Shown piece by piece: positions 50,335 through 62,500 of a stretch of DNA of 64,000 nt; position 1 is the stretch's first letter; each line of letters begins with the position of its first letter. The stretch spans positions 14,818,001-14,882,000 of the forward strand of contig CATNEN010000039.1 of assembly GCA_950097015.1 (NCBI GenBank), written 5' to 3'. Both the position numbers and the translations under genes were made by a program. The notes under the pieces were generated by a model. It was not told the DNA's origin. It saw only the letters and a program-made list of their open reading frames with translations, and searched no databases. The DNA is from Macrostomum hystrix (taxonomy: Eukaryota > Animalia > Platyhelminthes).

Positions 50335-53300
50335 TCAGCTCCGGTCGCCTCCACGTGCGCTGCGCTGTGCGCTGTATGACTTCTTCGGCTGCTGCTGCCC
50401 CTGACTGCCGCCACCGCCGCCTCGACGAGAATAAGAGACGGACGACCCGCCTCCACTACCAACGCCGCCGATTGGCTCCTGGTGATGGCCTCCGCTATAA
50501 TCATCATAGCCACAGCCTCCAGACTGTAAATACTTGTAGTATTCCTGTTGGTAATCAAAGTCTGTTTTACGTCTAGAACCACCGCCGCCGCCTCCGCCGC
50601 CGCCTCCGCCGCTGCGACCAGCAACTCGGCCTCCGCGATTAGTTTCTGCACTTCTAGAATGAGGCATCTGTTGTTGTTGTTGCTTTTGCTCTGGCTGTTG
50701 CTCTGGCTGTTTCTGTTTCTGTTGCTCTGGCTGTTGCTCTGGCTGTTTCTGTTTCTGTTGCTCTGGCTGTTGCTCTGGCTGTTTCTGTTTCTGTTGCTCT
50801 GGCTGTTTCTGTTTCTGTTGCTCTGGCTGTTTCTGCTGCTGTCGCTCTGGCTGTTTCTGTTGCTGTCGCTCTGGCTGTTTCTGTTTCTGTTGCTCTGGCT
50901 GTTTCTGTTGCTCTGGCTGTTTCTGTTGCTGTCGCTCTGGCTGTTTCTGTTTCTGTTGCTCTGGCTGTTTCTGTTGCTCTGGCTGTTTCTGCTGCTGTCG
51001 CTCTGGCTGTTTCTGTTGCTGTCGCTCTGGCTGTTTCTGTTTCTGTTGCTCTGGCTGTTTCTGCTGCTGTCGCTCTGGCTGTTTCTGTTGCTGTCGCTCT
51101 GGCTTTTCGGCGGCAGCAGCGCAACCACCACCAAAGCCGCTATCGTTGCCTTTCGCTTCGGCAGTTGTTGGTCGCTTTTTAATTTGAATCTGGGGCTCAG
51201 CTGATGATGGCGCAACGGTTGGCGCGGCGAAAACTGGAGCTGCAGCAGCTGATGAAGAAGAAGCAGCCTTTGAAGTAGAAGCCGAGTTCGACTGTACTTT
51301 AGAGTCAAACTTTGAAGTAGATGCTGACCATGGAGCTGGCTGCTGCTGCTTAGTCTTGGCCTGCTGCTTTCGCAGCTTCTCTCGTTCTCGATCTCGTCTT
51401 CGCCTTTCGTCGTCCTCGCGTCGGCGCGCCTCAACTTTGTCGCGCTGCAGCTTGGCCTGCTGCTGACGATCGAGACGCTTTTGGCGCAGGTGCAGCAGCA
51501 GCGGGGTCAGCTTTGCGGAGCCGTTCTCTTTCTCGCGACGTCGAATAGCTTCAAGGCTGGCCTCCCAGGTTGGCGCGGGTCGGTCGGCCTCGGCCGCCAA
51601 CTCGGCTAGGAAGTCGGCGTACTCGGGCGCCTTTTCTAGGGTGCCCTGCTTGGGATTCGGCTTGGCCCGTTTGGCATTCTCAGTCAGCTGGAAGCAAATG
51701 GCAAGAGTTGAAGAGTTGGAAAATTATTAAAAAGAAACTGGGGAGGATACTGAAGGAACTGAAACAGTCGCAGAATTAGTCACAGTTGAGAATGGTGAGA
51801 AGGATTACAAATGAGGGATCTCAAAGCGAAAGTGAGGGATAGGGTGTCGGTGGCAGAGCGGTTAACGCGTTTGCCTCTCGCACAACGGTCCCTAAGTTTG
51901 ATTCCATGGCGAGGCCACATTTACTCGTATTTGGGGGCGCAGCCGCGGAGAGAAGGCTTGGGGGCTTGTCGTGCAATTTACGCCCTTGAGGGCCAACCTC
52001 CGAGGCACAGTGAACGTGTACACAGACTGACGATGAGAAAGTCAGGGCAGATGTACACACCTGTGTGTGCGTATGTGCTCAGGAGTCGGCGAAATGGGAA
52101 AAATTGCCACCTCGCTGGCTGTGGGGCTAGTGTCACTAAATAGATGTGCCATTGCCCGCAGCACTCCTGTAATTATTATCATTATTTATGATGAGTAGGT
52201 GTGAGATCTGAAAGTGAAGGTGAGGGATCTAAATGTGAAGGTGAGGGATCTGAAAGTGAAGGTGAGGGATCTGAATGTGAAGGTGAGGGATCTGAATGTG
52301 AAGGTGAGCAATTGTGACCGCCTTACGGACTCTAAGGATCGCCTCAACATCATCCATCGAAAAATATAGTGCTTTAACTGCCTACGCGATCGCAAGGCAA
52401 GGTATTGTCAATCATCAAGACGTGCACGAAAATGCAAAGGTAAACACCACTTATCTATTTATGGTGACTGGACAACACCAGATAAAGTAACTAACCTATT
52501 GACCAATATACTGGCCGCAAGTTCCCATTTAAAAGTGACAACTACTCGTACTATTGTAACTGAAGGTTAACAATTGAGGGATCTGAAGGTTAACAATTGA
52601 GGGATCTGAAGGATAACAATTGAGGGATCTGAAGGATAACAATTGAGGGATCTGAAGGATAACAATTGAGGGATCTGAAGGATAACAATTGAGGGATCTG
52701 AAGGATAACAATTGAGGGATCTGAAGGATAACAATTGAGGGATCTGAAGGTTAACAATTGAGGGATCTGAAGGACAACAATTGAGGGATCTGAAGGACAA
52801 CAATTGAGGGATCTGAAGGACAACAATTGAGGGATCTGAAGGATAACAATTGAGGGATCTGAAGGCCAAAAATTTAGGGATCTGAAGGATAACAATTGAG
52901 GGATCTGAAGGTTAACAATTGAGTGATCTGAAGGATAACAATTGAGGGATCTGAAGAATAACAATTGAGGGATCTGAAGGTTAACAATTGAGGGATCTGA
53001 AGGACAACAATTGAGGGATCCAAAGGATAACAATTCAGGGATCTGAAGGATCACGGAATGATAAGAGCATCCTTCTTTCTCACTTGATAAGGCGCCAGCT
53101 CCACTAACGCAGGCGATTCAACACCTTTTGCATCCACAAACACATAGCCGTCCCACTGCTGGCAGAAAGGCAACAGGTCTTCCTTGTTGCGCAAGCAGAT
53201 GTAGGCGCGGCAGAAGCCTAGAGCCGGGTCGGCGGGGCAGTAGCGAAAGCCACAGTGCTTCTCTGGCAGGCTGCCAATCTGGGCCAGGAAATCTGCTTCA

Positions 53301-53452
53301 GAGAGACCGCCAGGTAGCCGACGAATAACCACCTTTGTTGGCTGCAGCTGCTGCTGGTTCTTTTGGGATTTGCAAGGCGCCTGCTCCTGCTTCAGCAGCT
53401 GCTGCTTCTTTGAAGAGCTGCGCTGCAGCTGTTTCTCTTTGCTAGTGGACAG
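50335..53452 (-). CDS. UPF3: Regulator of nonsense transcripts 3 (UPF3/SMG-4); exons 53452-53084, 51687-50335; start codon not found
   Basis: TKVVIRRLP..LSE.DFL, RAYI, WDGYVFVD.KG.E..A.VELAPYQ, GTLEKAPEYADFL and TPLL motifs; phase-0 intron; minus-strand AATAAA near 50270. Confidence 0.92.
51842..52143 (+). mobile_element. tRNA-derived SINE family A, copy 2 (in the UPF3 intron)
   Basis: A-box TGGCAGAGCGG, B-box-like AGTTTGATTCC, body shared with two other copies. Confidence 0.85.
52560..53050. repeat. 23-bp minisatellite (gagggatctgaaggataacaatt); related 21-bp array at 52200-52308
   Basis: Tandem units in the UPF3 intron. Confidence 0.93.
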
Positions 53453-53844
53453 CTGGAGAGTTTTACAGCAATGTTTAAATCGCAAACTTTAATAGTCATA
53501 CTATTGAAGAACATAAGTGTTATTCAAGGCTATGTTAATTTTGTCATATTTACTGTAAGATTTCCATTTTAAGAAGGCTTATGGTAATTCCATAAAGGCT
53601 TTCCTTTCCTTATATTCCATAAGTGCTTATGGTAATTTTTAGCTTACTTTTAACCATTGGTTGTATAGTTTTCTAATTTGGGGAATATTTTACCCTCTGT
53701 AATATAATTAAAAGTTTGTAGACACTACACATATAATTTTTGATACATGTAGGTAAGCTAAAATGATAATGCTTGTATATATATTGTAAGCAAATATTGT
53801 AAGCAAATATTGTAAGCAAGTACTCCTAGGCAGATACTTTATGC

Positions 53845-54086
53845 AGGCACACGCTCACATAGGTATGTACATCTGCCCTGACTTTCTCATCGTCAAGCAG
53901 TGTACACTTCACTGTGCCTTATAGGTTGGCACTCAAGGGTAGGCCTATAATTTGCACAACAAGCCCCAAAGACTTCTCTCTGCGGCTGTGCCCCAAATAA
54001 ATGTGGCCTCGCCATGGATTCATGGAATCGAACTTAGGGACCATGGTGCAAGAGGCAAACATGTTAACTTCTTTGCCAATGACCCC
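53845..54086 (-). mobile_element. tRNA-derived SINE family A, copy 3
   Basis: Minus strand TGGCAAAGAAG...AGTTCGATTCC plus the shared body. Confidence 0.82.
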
Positions 54087-55499
54087 CATCCATGGCATAG
54101 GTAAGGCCAACCTGCTAAAATAAATGTTCTCTTGTTCTTAAACTTGTAATAAAATAGAGGCACAATAAAGGGCCCTAGATCAGTGGAATTTAAGTAATAG
54201 TATTAAAAAAAGCATTAACTTAAAATAGAAGAGGGCCTACTACTATAAAAAAGTTGTATATATTTGCAGAGACTATTTTTTACATTAGCAATAGCTATAT
54301 ATATTCTAAAAAAGAAATGGTACTATCTAACTATCCTTATTTAAATAGGCATATCTGCATCAGTTGAGTAAAATATGAGTGAAAAGGAATATGGTAAAAT
54401 TTAAATTGAATGAAGCCATGGCTAGGCTAGGCCCTAGTTCTAATTGTTGAGACCTGGGTGGGTGGATGGGACACAAACTCAGTTCGTTCCTGAACAGTTC
54501 ATAATTTGCTTTTTTACCAGGTCTAAGAGGGTGGATGGTATAGTGACCAAGACTTGTAGACACTTAGTCATCTATATGATTTAAGGCAGGGTACATAGCC
54601 TATCCACCCGCTGCCAGCAATTGATTTTTAATGTTGGAGGGACGAGTGTAACTTATCCCGCTCGATATCCCGCTCGATATTCCGATCGATATTCCGACAG
54701 ATAATGTAGTGTACTTAAACAAAAGCTAAAGAGAACAAAAAAGGAAAACAAAAACTCTCTTTATTTTTATTTTACTCATTTTAGTTTTTAATAATAAGTA
54801 TTATCACTTTCAACAATTTTTTCTCCAGAACAAAACAGTTAGAATGCATTTTAATTCATAAAATACTCTTGCTACAGATGAATGATGCATTTCGGGTCAG
54901 GTGGTGATTTAACTGTCGGGACGATGCATTAACTGTCGGGATGATGCATTAACTGTCGGGACAATGAATTAACTGTCGGGATGATGCATTAACTGTCGGG
55001 ATGTTGCAATAACTGTCGGGATGATGCATTAACTGTCGGGATGATGCATTAACTGTCGGGATGTTGCAATAACTGTCGGGTCAGGTGGTGATTTAACTGT
55101 CGGGACCATGAATTAACTGTCGGGATCATGCATTAATTGTCGGGATGATGCATTATCTGTCGGGATGATGCATTAACTGTCGGGATGATGCAATAACTTT
55201 CGGGTCAGGTGGTGATTTAACTGTCGGGACCATGAATTAACTGTCGGGATGATGCATTAACTGTCGGGATGATGCATTAACTGTCGGGATGATGCACTAA
55301 CTGTCGGGTCAGGTGGTGGTTTAACTTTCGGGACTTGGACTGATTTAACTGTCGGGATGAAGTACTAACTGTCGGGTCTTGGACTGATTGAACTGTCGGG
55401 ACAATTGATTAAGTGTTGGGACGACTTATAATTACTATCGACCTGGCCCTGAGCAAGACTGATCGGTGAGATACTGCTGGTGAGCACCCATCCTGTGGA

Positions 55500-55980
55500 G
55501 AGCACTGAGGTCTTCCGGGACACCGTGCAGCTCCAGGTCGGCGGACAGACGATCAGCTGCCGGAAGGTGTTGCGCATTCTGGACGTGAAGTTCCGATCAC
55601 CTTCGCCGAGCAGGCTTGCCGGGCGCTTTCCATCATGAGGAGCCGCCTTAAAGCCATGCGAGCCGTGGCCTTCCTGGGAAACTGACGCGGATGCGCTGCG
55701 CGTCTCTACTGCGGATATGTCCGCCCGGCGGCGCTGTTTGCGGCTGAGGTTTGGTGGCCTTTTCTTACCGCATTCAAATACCGCATTACCGTATTTTCCG
55801 CATTCAGAACATCTAAAAGCGCGTTCCGCGTTCCTGCTTACACAGGCCTTGGTGTCCGCGTCCGCGTCGCTAGCCGTGAGGAGCCCCGGTGGTCCGTCGC
55901 GAGAGGACCATGGAGCTGCTGGAGCCTGGAGTCCCTTCGCCGGAGCGATCCGCCGTACCTTCAAGTTCCTGGGGTGCATT
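55500..55980 (+). pseudogene. Degenerate I/Ingi-like LINE RT C-terminal fragment
   Basis: Broken plus-strand reading LQVGGQTISCRKVLRILDVKF...MRSRLKAMRAVA...YCGYVRPAALFAAEVWWPFL. Confidence 0.6.
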
Positions 55981-56766
55981 CTTTCTTGCAGCCAGGGCCA
56001 GCAGTTGTTAGCAGAAAGGTGAGATGCGCAAACACTCTGTGACCTGTCACTAAGGAAACGGGCATCCAAGGGAGAGAGGTACCGCACAGCCAGGTTCCTG
56101 GGCAGAATTGTTTTCATGACCTCGTTTTGTCAGCGCTTCAGGGGCTCGAGGCAGCCCTAGGTCTCCAACGCGGAAAGCCGAGCTCTGCGGTCTGGCTGCT
56201 GCTCGACTCCCGAGCCTTGTACCGGTCACGTAGTGAGTGCGCAGCCTGCGTGCAGCAGCTGGCTGCTGGCTGACTGGTTGACTATTTTATATTCATGTAC
56301 GCTGAGTAAAACGCGCTGGTGGACTGAGTATGTCATTTTAAGCTACTCGCTTTTTATCACCTTAATCCTTGCGCCCAGCGTGTTTTCGCTTTCGTTCAAG
56401 CGTTAAAAATATAAATATCGCCTACACTCAGGAGCGTGGTGCTCTGAGAAGTTATTCCCGAACGGCTGCAGTCCACGCCACCGTAAAAGCCGCGATCCTG
56501 CTCCAGCAGCTGGCCAGGGAGCACAGGTCCAGCGTCATCTAGGTCCCGGGGCACGCCGGCCTGGCTCTCAACGGACAAGATGGTCAGGAGGGGGCCATGC
56601 CGCACGACCCCAAACGATTCCAGTGGCGGCCGCCAGAGCCTCCCTCTGCAGCTACGGACGGGCTGCCGAATCGGTCGAATATGCCATGCTGGTCCCAGCG
56701 GATCCACAGGCTGCGCGGCGGAACGCAACTTGTCCACTGACTGACGCGTCAAAAGTGAGGGCCGTG

Positions 56767-57969
56767 TCAGATGGCGAGCCCCATTGCCAGGGATCGAACA
56801 AACTCCGGTCCGTTGGCGGTGTCGGGCACTCTGGCGTCGCTCAGGATGCAGTCTACGTATCTCAGGGTCTGGGCTGGGCCCCGCCTGATCGGGCCCTGCA
56901 AGGTAAGCAGCAGGACGTCTTGAAGAAGCTCGGGGCAGTAGTTCTCGGCCCGGATCACGTGGATGGTGGACGGGCGTCGCAGCCTGGGCCCTCTCGTACA
57001 TGGCCTCAGTCCCGAAGCTCTCGTCAGCTTAAAAGGCAGCGCGGAGCAGCCCCGATTGCGCCGAGTCCAGCTGCCGCTTTAGCGTAGCTGTCAGCGTCCA
57101 CGTCTCAGCTTTGTACAGCAGGACGGTCTCAACCACCGCCTGCCACAGCCGAGCCCTCTGACGGTCGGGTAGCGCTTTGGACTGGAGGCCGTACCGACCG
57201 ATAGGCCGCCCAGGCGAGTCCTCTGCGACGCCGGATGTCATGTCATGCTCCACGTGGGGCACCAGACCGCTAGTACAAAATAATAATTTGTAATATACGC
57301 TCGTACTAGTACAAAACATCGTTTTCAGAACTAGATGGTGCTGTTTACTAGCTCTGTTCTGTGTGGCATTTGTGCTGGTACAGCAATTTTAGCTGCAAGC
57401 ATTTTCAACACAGGCTTCTTTCCTGATGTTGGAAAATCTGTGCGCTTTTCGGGAATAGTTGAACCACTGGCAGCGTGCGAACGTGGTCGTCTGCCCGTCT
57501 GCGCCGCGGCATGTCAGCTCCGTTGGAATGTCGGCAGGCACCGTCAGCACCTCGGTCTTCAGCGTGTTTACGAGGCCGTCGCTTGCCGCCACCTAGACAA
57601 GCCTATCTGCCGCTCTGCAGCTTTAACAGAAGATGACAGGAGGGCGAGGTCGTCGGCGTTGTCCAGCACGCTGAGGCACTTTTCGTTGTAGCGGCGGCCG
57701 ATTCGTCTGCGCAGCAGAAAGCCGTCTTCCGCTGAGGGGAGCGCGATCCGTAGCGCCCAGTCCCAGAGCAGCACGAAGAGGAACGGCGCTAGCGTGTCGC
57801 CCTGCAGGACTCCAGACGAGGTGTCGAACAGGTCTGACAGGCCGTCCGCCGTCACGACAGCAGCGCGTGTGCCGCTATACAGCGACATGATCGTGTTGAC
57901 AAGCTGCTGCGGAACCCGATAGGCCCGAAGGACGAATGGTAGCGCGGCTCTCAACACCGAGTCGAACAC
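56767..57969 (-). pseudogene. Degenerate RTE-like non-LTR reverse transcriptase fragment
   Basis: FDSV..., GVLQGDTLAPFLF, NADDLALL (decayed YADD), LLYKAETWTLT; frameshifts and an AT-rich insertion at about 57270-57460. Confidence 0.85.
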
Positions 57970-58809
57970 CTATAAATAATAGCGGCAGCACTAAGGCCGA
58001 TGACACGTCAACAACAGCGGCTACGGGCAGCTGTCGCACCGAGGGCATCGCCTCGTCACCACGGGAACTGGCAGGACCCGGTTCAGAACTGGACCCGAGG
58101 AGAAAGCCGACAGAGTAGAATCGACCGACGGCCTCCCCCCAGGACCGTTGGCAGCAGGAAGATAGTCAAAGGCTGGGGAAAATCTTACACCAGTAGACCA
58201 TAACTGCTAGACTTCACCCAATATATCAAACGTGGAAGATTGAAAGGTGTATAAATAAGAAAATAAACTAAGAAACCAGGAAGGCTATATAGACACTGAC
58301 GATCAGCAGGGGTCTCGGCAGTCTCTCATAAGTAAGACAGATGGCAGTCCCTTCGTTAGATCCCAGATGTCGCGCCATGGGTGCCGTCTGGGGCGTCAGA
58401 GAATGGGATCCCTTCGCGGGCCTCACGCCCCCGTGAGCGGATAGAACGGCTTCACCGGGACGATTCATCATGGCACCCGGCATTCTGCCAGATCAGCAGG
58501 AGCGGGACGGGGTCAGATTAGTTTCTTGTAGGCAATGTCCTGCGTGTCCTCGGGTCCGAAGACCAGCTGCGTTGAGTTGCAGGAGGCGAAGGGATTTTGG
58601 CAGCCTCGGTTTTGCCTGGCTTGTGCGACTGGGCCTGACGGGACTGGCCCAGGTTCGCTTCAATGTCTCCAGCTCTCAGCAGTAGCAGGGCCATGTGAGC
58701 TGGTAAGGACCATGTAACCCTACTTTGCGCGAGGAGCTTCCATGCGGAGACTCCAGTAATGGCTGCACTTTGCCGGACGATGCTAGACAGGTCCGCCCCG
58801 GAAAGGCGG

Positions 58810-59170
58810 CAGCTATGAACCCGTTGTTAGGTGGTCGAAAACCATTTCGTCCGCCAGGGGTGCTAGGATATCTATTCAGACCAGATCGCATTGGCGAAGG
58901 TGACATCCAGTGCTGAGGCAACACCGCGGGAGCTGACGTGGGTGGGGCTGCCGAGGCGAGGAAGCCATTGGCCGCCGCCCATCGTTGAAGCTCCACTCCC
59001 AGGTGGTCATCGGCTTGGCAGGAGTGGTCCCGCATCCGGTGACGAGTGCTTAGGTCCCCGACCACCAGTGTATCCGTCCGACAGGAAGTCAGTACAGGTT
59101 AAAATCTCTGACACGCTGGTCGCTCAAGCGCTGTGGCAGAAGTCTTGGGAGCCTCTCGTACGGCTTCTGC
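58810..59170 (-). pseudogene. Degenerate APE-type LINE endonuclease fragment
   Basis: TLVVGDLSTRH...LGVELQRW...GF resembles the GDFNAHH..W region; a DH-containing remnant follows. Confidence 0.5.
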
Positions 59171-59598
59171 TAAACAACTCCATCCTGTATGGAGTCACAC
59201 AGTGCGCCGTCCGGGTCGTCAAAGGACGAAACATTTTCAAGAAGCAGGAACCAGAAAATGAATTAGCGACAATTAATCAGTTGTCCCGACAGGTAAATCA
59301 GGCCATCACCCCATAGTAAATACTTCATCCCGACAGATAATGCATCGTCCCGACAGTTAAATCACCACCTGATCCTTACCTGATCATCCCGACAGTTAAC
59401 GCATCATCCCGACAGTTAATGCATCATCCCGACAGATAATGCATCATCCCGACAGTTAATTCATCGTCCCGACAGTTAAATCACTATACCTGACCCGACA
59501 GTTAAATCACTACCTGACCCGACAGTTAATGCATCATCCCGACAGTTAATGCATCATCCCGACAGTTAATTCATCGTCCCGACAGTTAAATCACCACC

Positions 59599-62500
59599 TG
59601 TAGCGACTTTTGGTTACGCGACTTGTTTGTACTTGCTCTGATTGTGTCTCTCTTTTCTTTATCGCTGCACCCCCCTCCTTCCCCCTGCCCCTGCTACTCT
59701 CCACGATTGTACCCCAACCCCCCTTTCGTCGCTTTCCTTTGTCTGCCTATGTACATCTGAGGCGGGGTTTAACCCTATCCTTACTATCGATCGCTTCTCT
59801 CTAGCCGCTAGTGTTAAGTTCAAATATAATGTCTGGCCCTCTGGGCCTTTGTGAGTCATCCCCCATTGCGCTCTCTGTCTCGTTTGAGGTTTGGCCGTAT
59901 GAACGGGCTCTTGCTGCGAAGATTCAATTAATTGCATGACTTCAACTCGCTTCGCTTCTTAATTCACTCGAAGTAAAGACATGGCGCCCGAACGAAAATA
60001 AGCCCTCTAGAAAAGTAAGTCGTCAGTCGTATTCTCATCGATTCGGTCGAAGTTGCCGGCGGTCTCGCTCACCTCTTTGTATGCTGCCGGTCTCGCTCGC
60101 CTCTTCGTCTGCTGCCGGCCTCGCTCGCTTCTTCACCTGCCTGCCGGCTTCGTTCGCTCTTCCGTCTACTGGCTCACGCCTGCCGGCCTCGCTCGCTCCC
60201 TCGCATACCGGCTGGTGTCTGTCTCCCTATTTCGTGACTGTCTCATCAATTAACTGAACTGTCGAGATAAGTAATAATAGATTTTACTGATCGCAATCCT
60301 ATATTTATCATCTGTACTCGCTGGCGTTATTTTTACGTGTTTTCTCGTTATCTTGCAACTCAAACGTGTGTTTTTTCTCTTATTGTTATTTTGTTCTTCA
60401 CGCATCTCAAAGCTAAAATTCTTCTGTTGCTTTCTCTGTCCTTTGAGTCTTTCTCTGCCTTTTTTTCTTCACCACTTCAAGGTCTTGCTGTATCCGCTTG
60501 CGGCATCCGTTGCGCTCTTCTCCTTGGGGTTCCGATCTTAGCCAGACGCACTTTCGCCAAGGTGGTCAATGGATGAAGCCATCAGAAAGAGAGCGGCCAT
60601 TCGGTCCGTTGTGACAAAGACCATAAATCGAGCAGAGAAGTGGCTGTCAGCTGGAAGTGGACGTGATGACAAAATAAACGCTGAAGCTGAAGCATGCATT
60701 GATACTCTGAAGCAGAAACTGGGATTGATGGAGGAATTGGACCTGGACATTCAGAGTCAGATGGAAGAGGAAAAGCTGAGTCGTGAACAAGAAGAAGCTG
60801 ATGAGTATGCATTCAGGTGTCGGAAGTACGTCAGATTGTTAGAGAAATCATTATCAAATGCGACTAAGTCTGTAACATCTGGACCTCAGGTCAAACTGCC
60901 GAAACGTCATATCCCTACATTTGACGGCACGGTGACGTCATGGCAAACGTATTGGGATCAGTTCTCCTCGTCAATCGATTCGAATAATCAGCTATCGGAC
61001 ATCGACAAGTTTAATTACCTCTTGGATTCGCTCTCTGAATCAGCCAAGTCCTGCATTCGTGGACTGAGTGTTACTTCAGCAAATTACAAGGTAGCTATCG
61101 ATCTTCTACATCAACGCTTTGGTAAATCAGATCTGGTAATTCGAAGTCTAATGAACCAACTGTCAGATATTCACCTATCAGAGGTGTCATTAGCAGGCTT
61201 ACGTTCGTTTCACGATGACATAGCTGCTGCCGTTCGAAGCTTGGAAGTTCAGGGAGTAATGTCGTCGGCTTATGAGGCATTGCTGTTGCCTAATCTGCTT
61301 CGTAAGTGTCCAAATGAATTTCGTCTCGACCTAATGAAGTGCGCGAGCCTGTCGAAGAAAGAAATCAACAACATGGCTGTTCTGCTGGAGTTTCTACAGA
61401 CGGAAATTCAAGTTCGAGAGAACGCAGCAGTGGGCGGTAAGAAATCGAGCAACTCAGAAGCCAGTCGACATTGCCTTCAACCTAAGTCTTCGCTTTCAAC
61501 GTTAACCGTGCAGTCACGAAATGATCGACAAGCTGTCATGAAGATCTTTTGTACGTACTGTGGCTCGGGCCATACATCTGAGAAGTGTTCGAAGTTGGTC
61601 TCTGTGGATGCTCGAATCGAATTTCTGAAGAAGGAGCAGCGTTGCTTTCGGTGCCTCAGGTCAGGTCATTCATCAAGGACGTGTCATGATTCCCGGCGAT
61701 GCAGAAACTGTTCAGGCGCTCACCATGTCAGCATCTGCAATTGTGGTCTGTCAGATGGACAGGGGTCGGGTTTCAAAATGAAAGCAAAGAGTATCGATTC
61801 GACAGTCAAGAGTGGCGCGGTCCAGAACAAGACCTTTGCCAATGCGAAGAAGGACGTCATTCGGCAGGTGCAGACTGGGAGTACGAACGCGGCACAGAGT
61901 GAACCTGAATCTGTGGTTTCAACGGAAGGAAACTTTGCTCTCTCCATGTTCATCAATCGTAACCCCGCTGTCGCTCTTCCAGTTGCAAAGGCAATTCTGA
62001 TTGCTCCTGACGGACGTCGAGAACTGCTGGTGAGGGTTCTGCTGGATACCGCAAGCAATCGGTCGTATATTCGAGAAGACGTATGCGACTTGCTCCAGTT
62101 TGAACGGTTTGCTGAGGAAAGTTTGAAAGTCTCTGCCTTTTCTGGAATCGCTACGACGGTGAACTCTTCAAGAGTGAAATTCCACATTCGCAAGGTTGAC
62201 TCCATGGAGATCATCAGACTGGAAGCTAATGTCGTAAAGCAGATCTGTCAGCCTCAGACTTCAGTTATCGTCAATTCGTTTCAACACCTTCGTGATGTAG
62301 ACCTAGCGGATCCATATGACCCACGTGACATCAGTACTCCAATCTCGATCCTCGTAGGCTCAGATCAATACTTCCAAATTGTAGGCGACAACGTGATTCG
62401 TGGCACCTCAGGACCAGTCGCCATTTCCTCTAAGCTAGGATTCCTTCTCTGTGGTCCTCTAGCGATCGAGGGGTCAGCCAATGATGAGCCCATCGTTTCC

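Larger units (their letters stand above)
54893..59598. mobile_element. Foldback-like element: inverted arms of 20-bp subrepeats (54893-55410, 59271-59598) enclosing LINE fragments
   Basis: Left unit aactgtcgggatgatgcatt, right unit aatgcatcatcccgacagtt (exact reverse complement); variant units and the inner boundary are also mirrored. Confidence 0.75.

Noticed and set aside
51842-51915. tRNA genes (also at 15800-15872 and 5530-5610)
   Set aside because: No full cloverleaf; the first two are joined to repeated bodies, so SINE heads. The 5530-5610 piece is too degenerate to call.
54893-55410. CRISPR-like repeat-spacer appearance (aactgtcggg plus a variable 10-mer)
   Set aside because: The spacers are variants of one sequence, there are no cas genes, and the context is eukaryotic; explained as inverted-arm subrepeats.
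55365-56117. Minus-strand ORF with gag-like CSECGKYGNAVFEC
   Set aside because: Lacks the knuckle His, and the plus strand reads as a LINE RT fragment; likely an antisense shadow.
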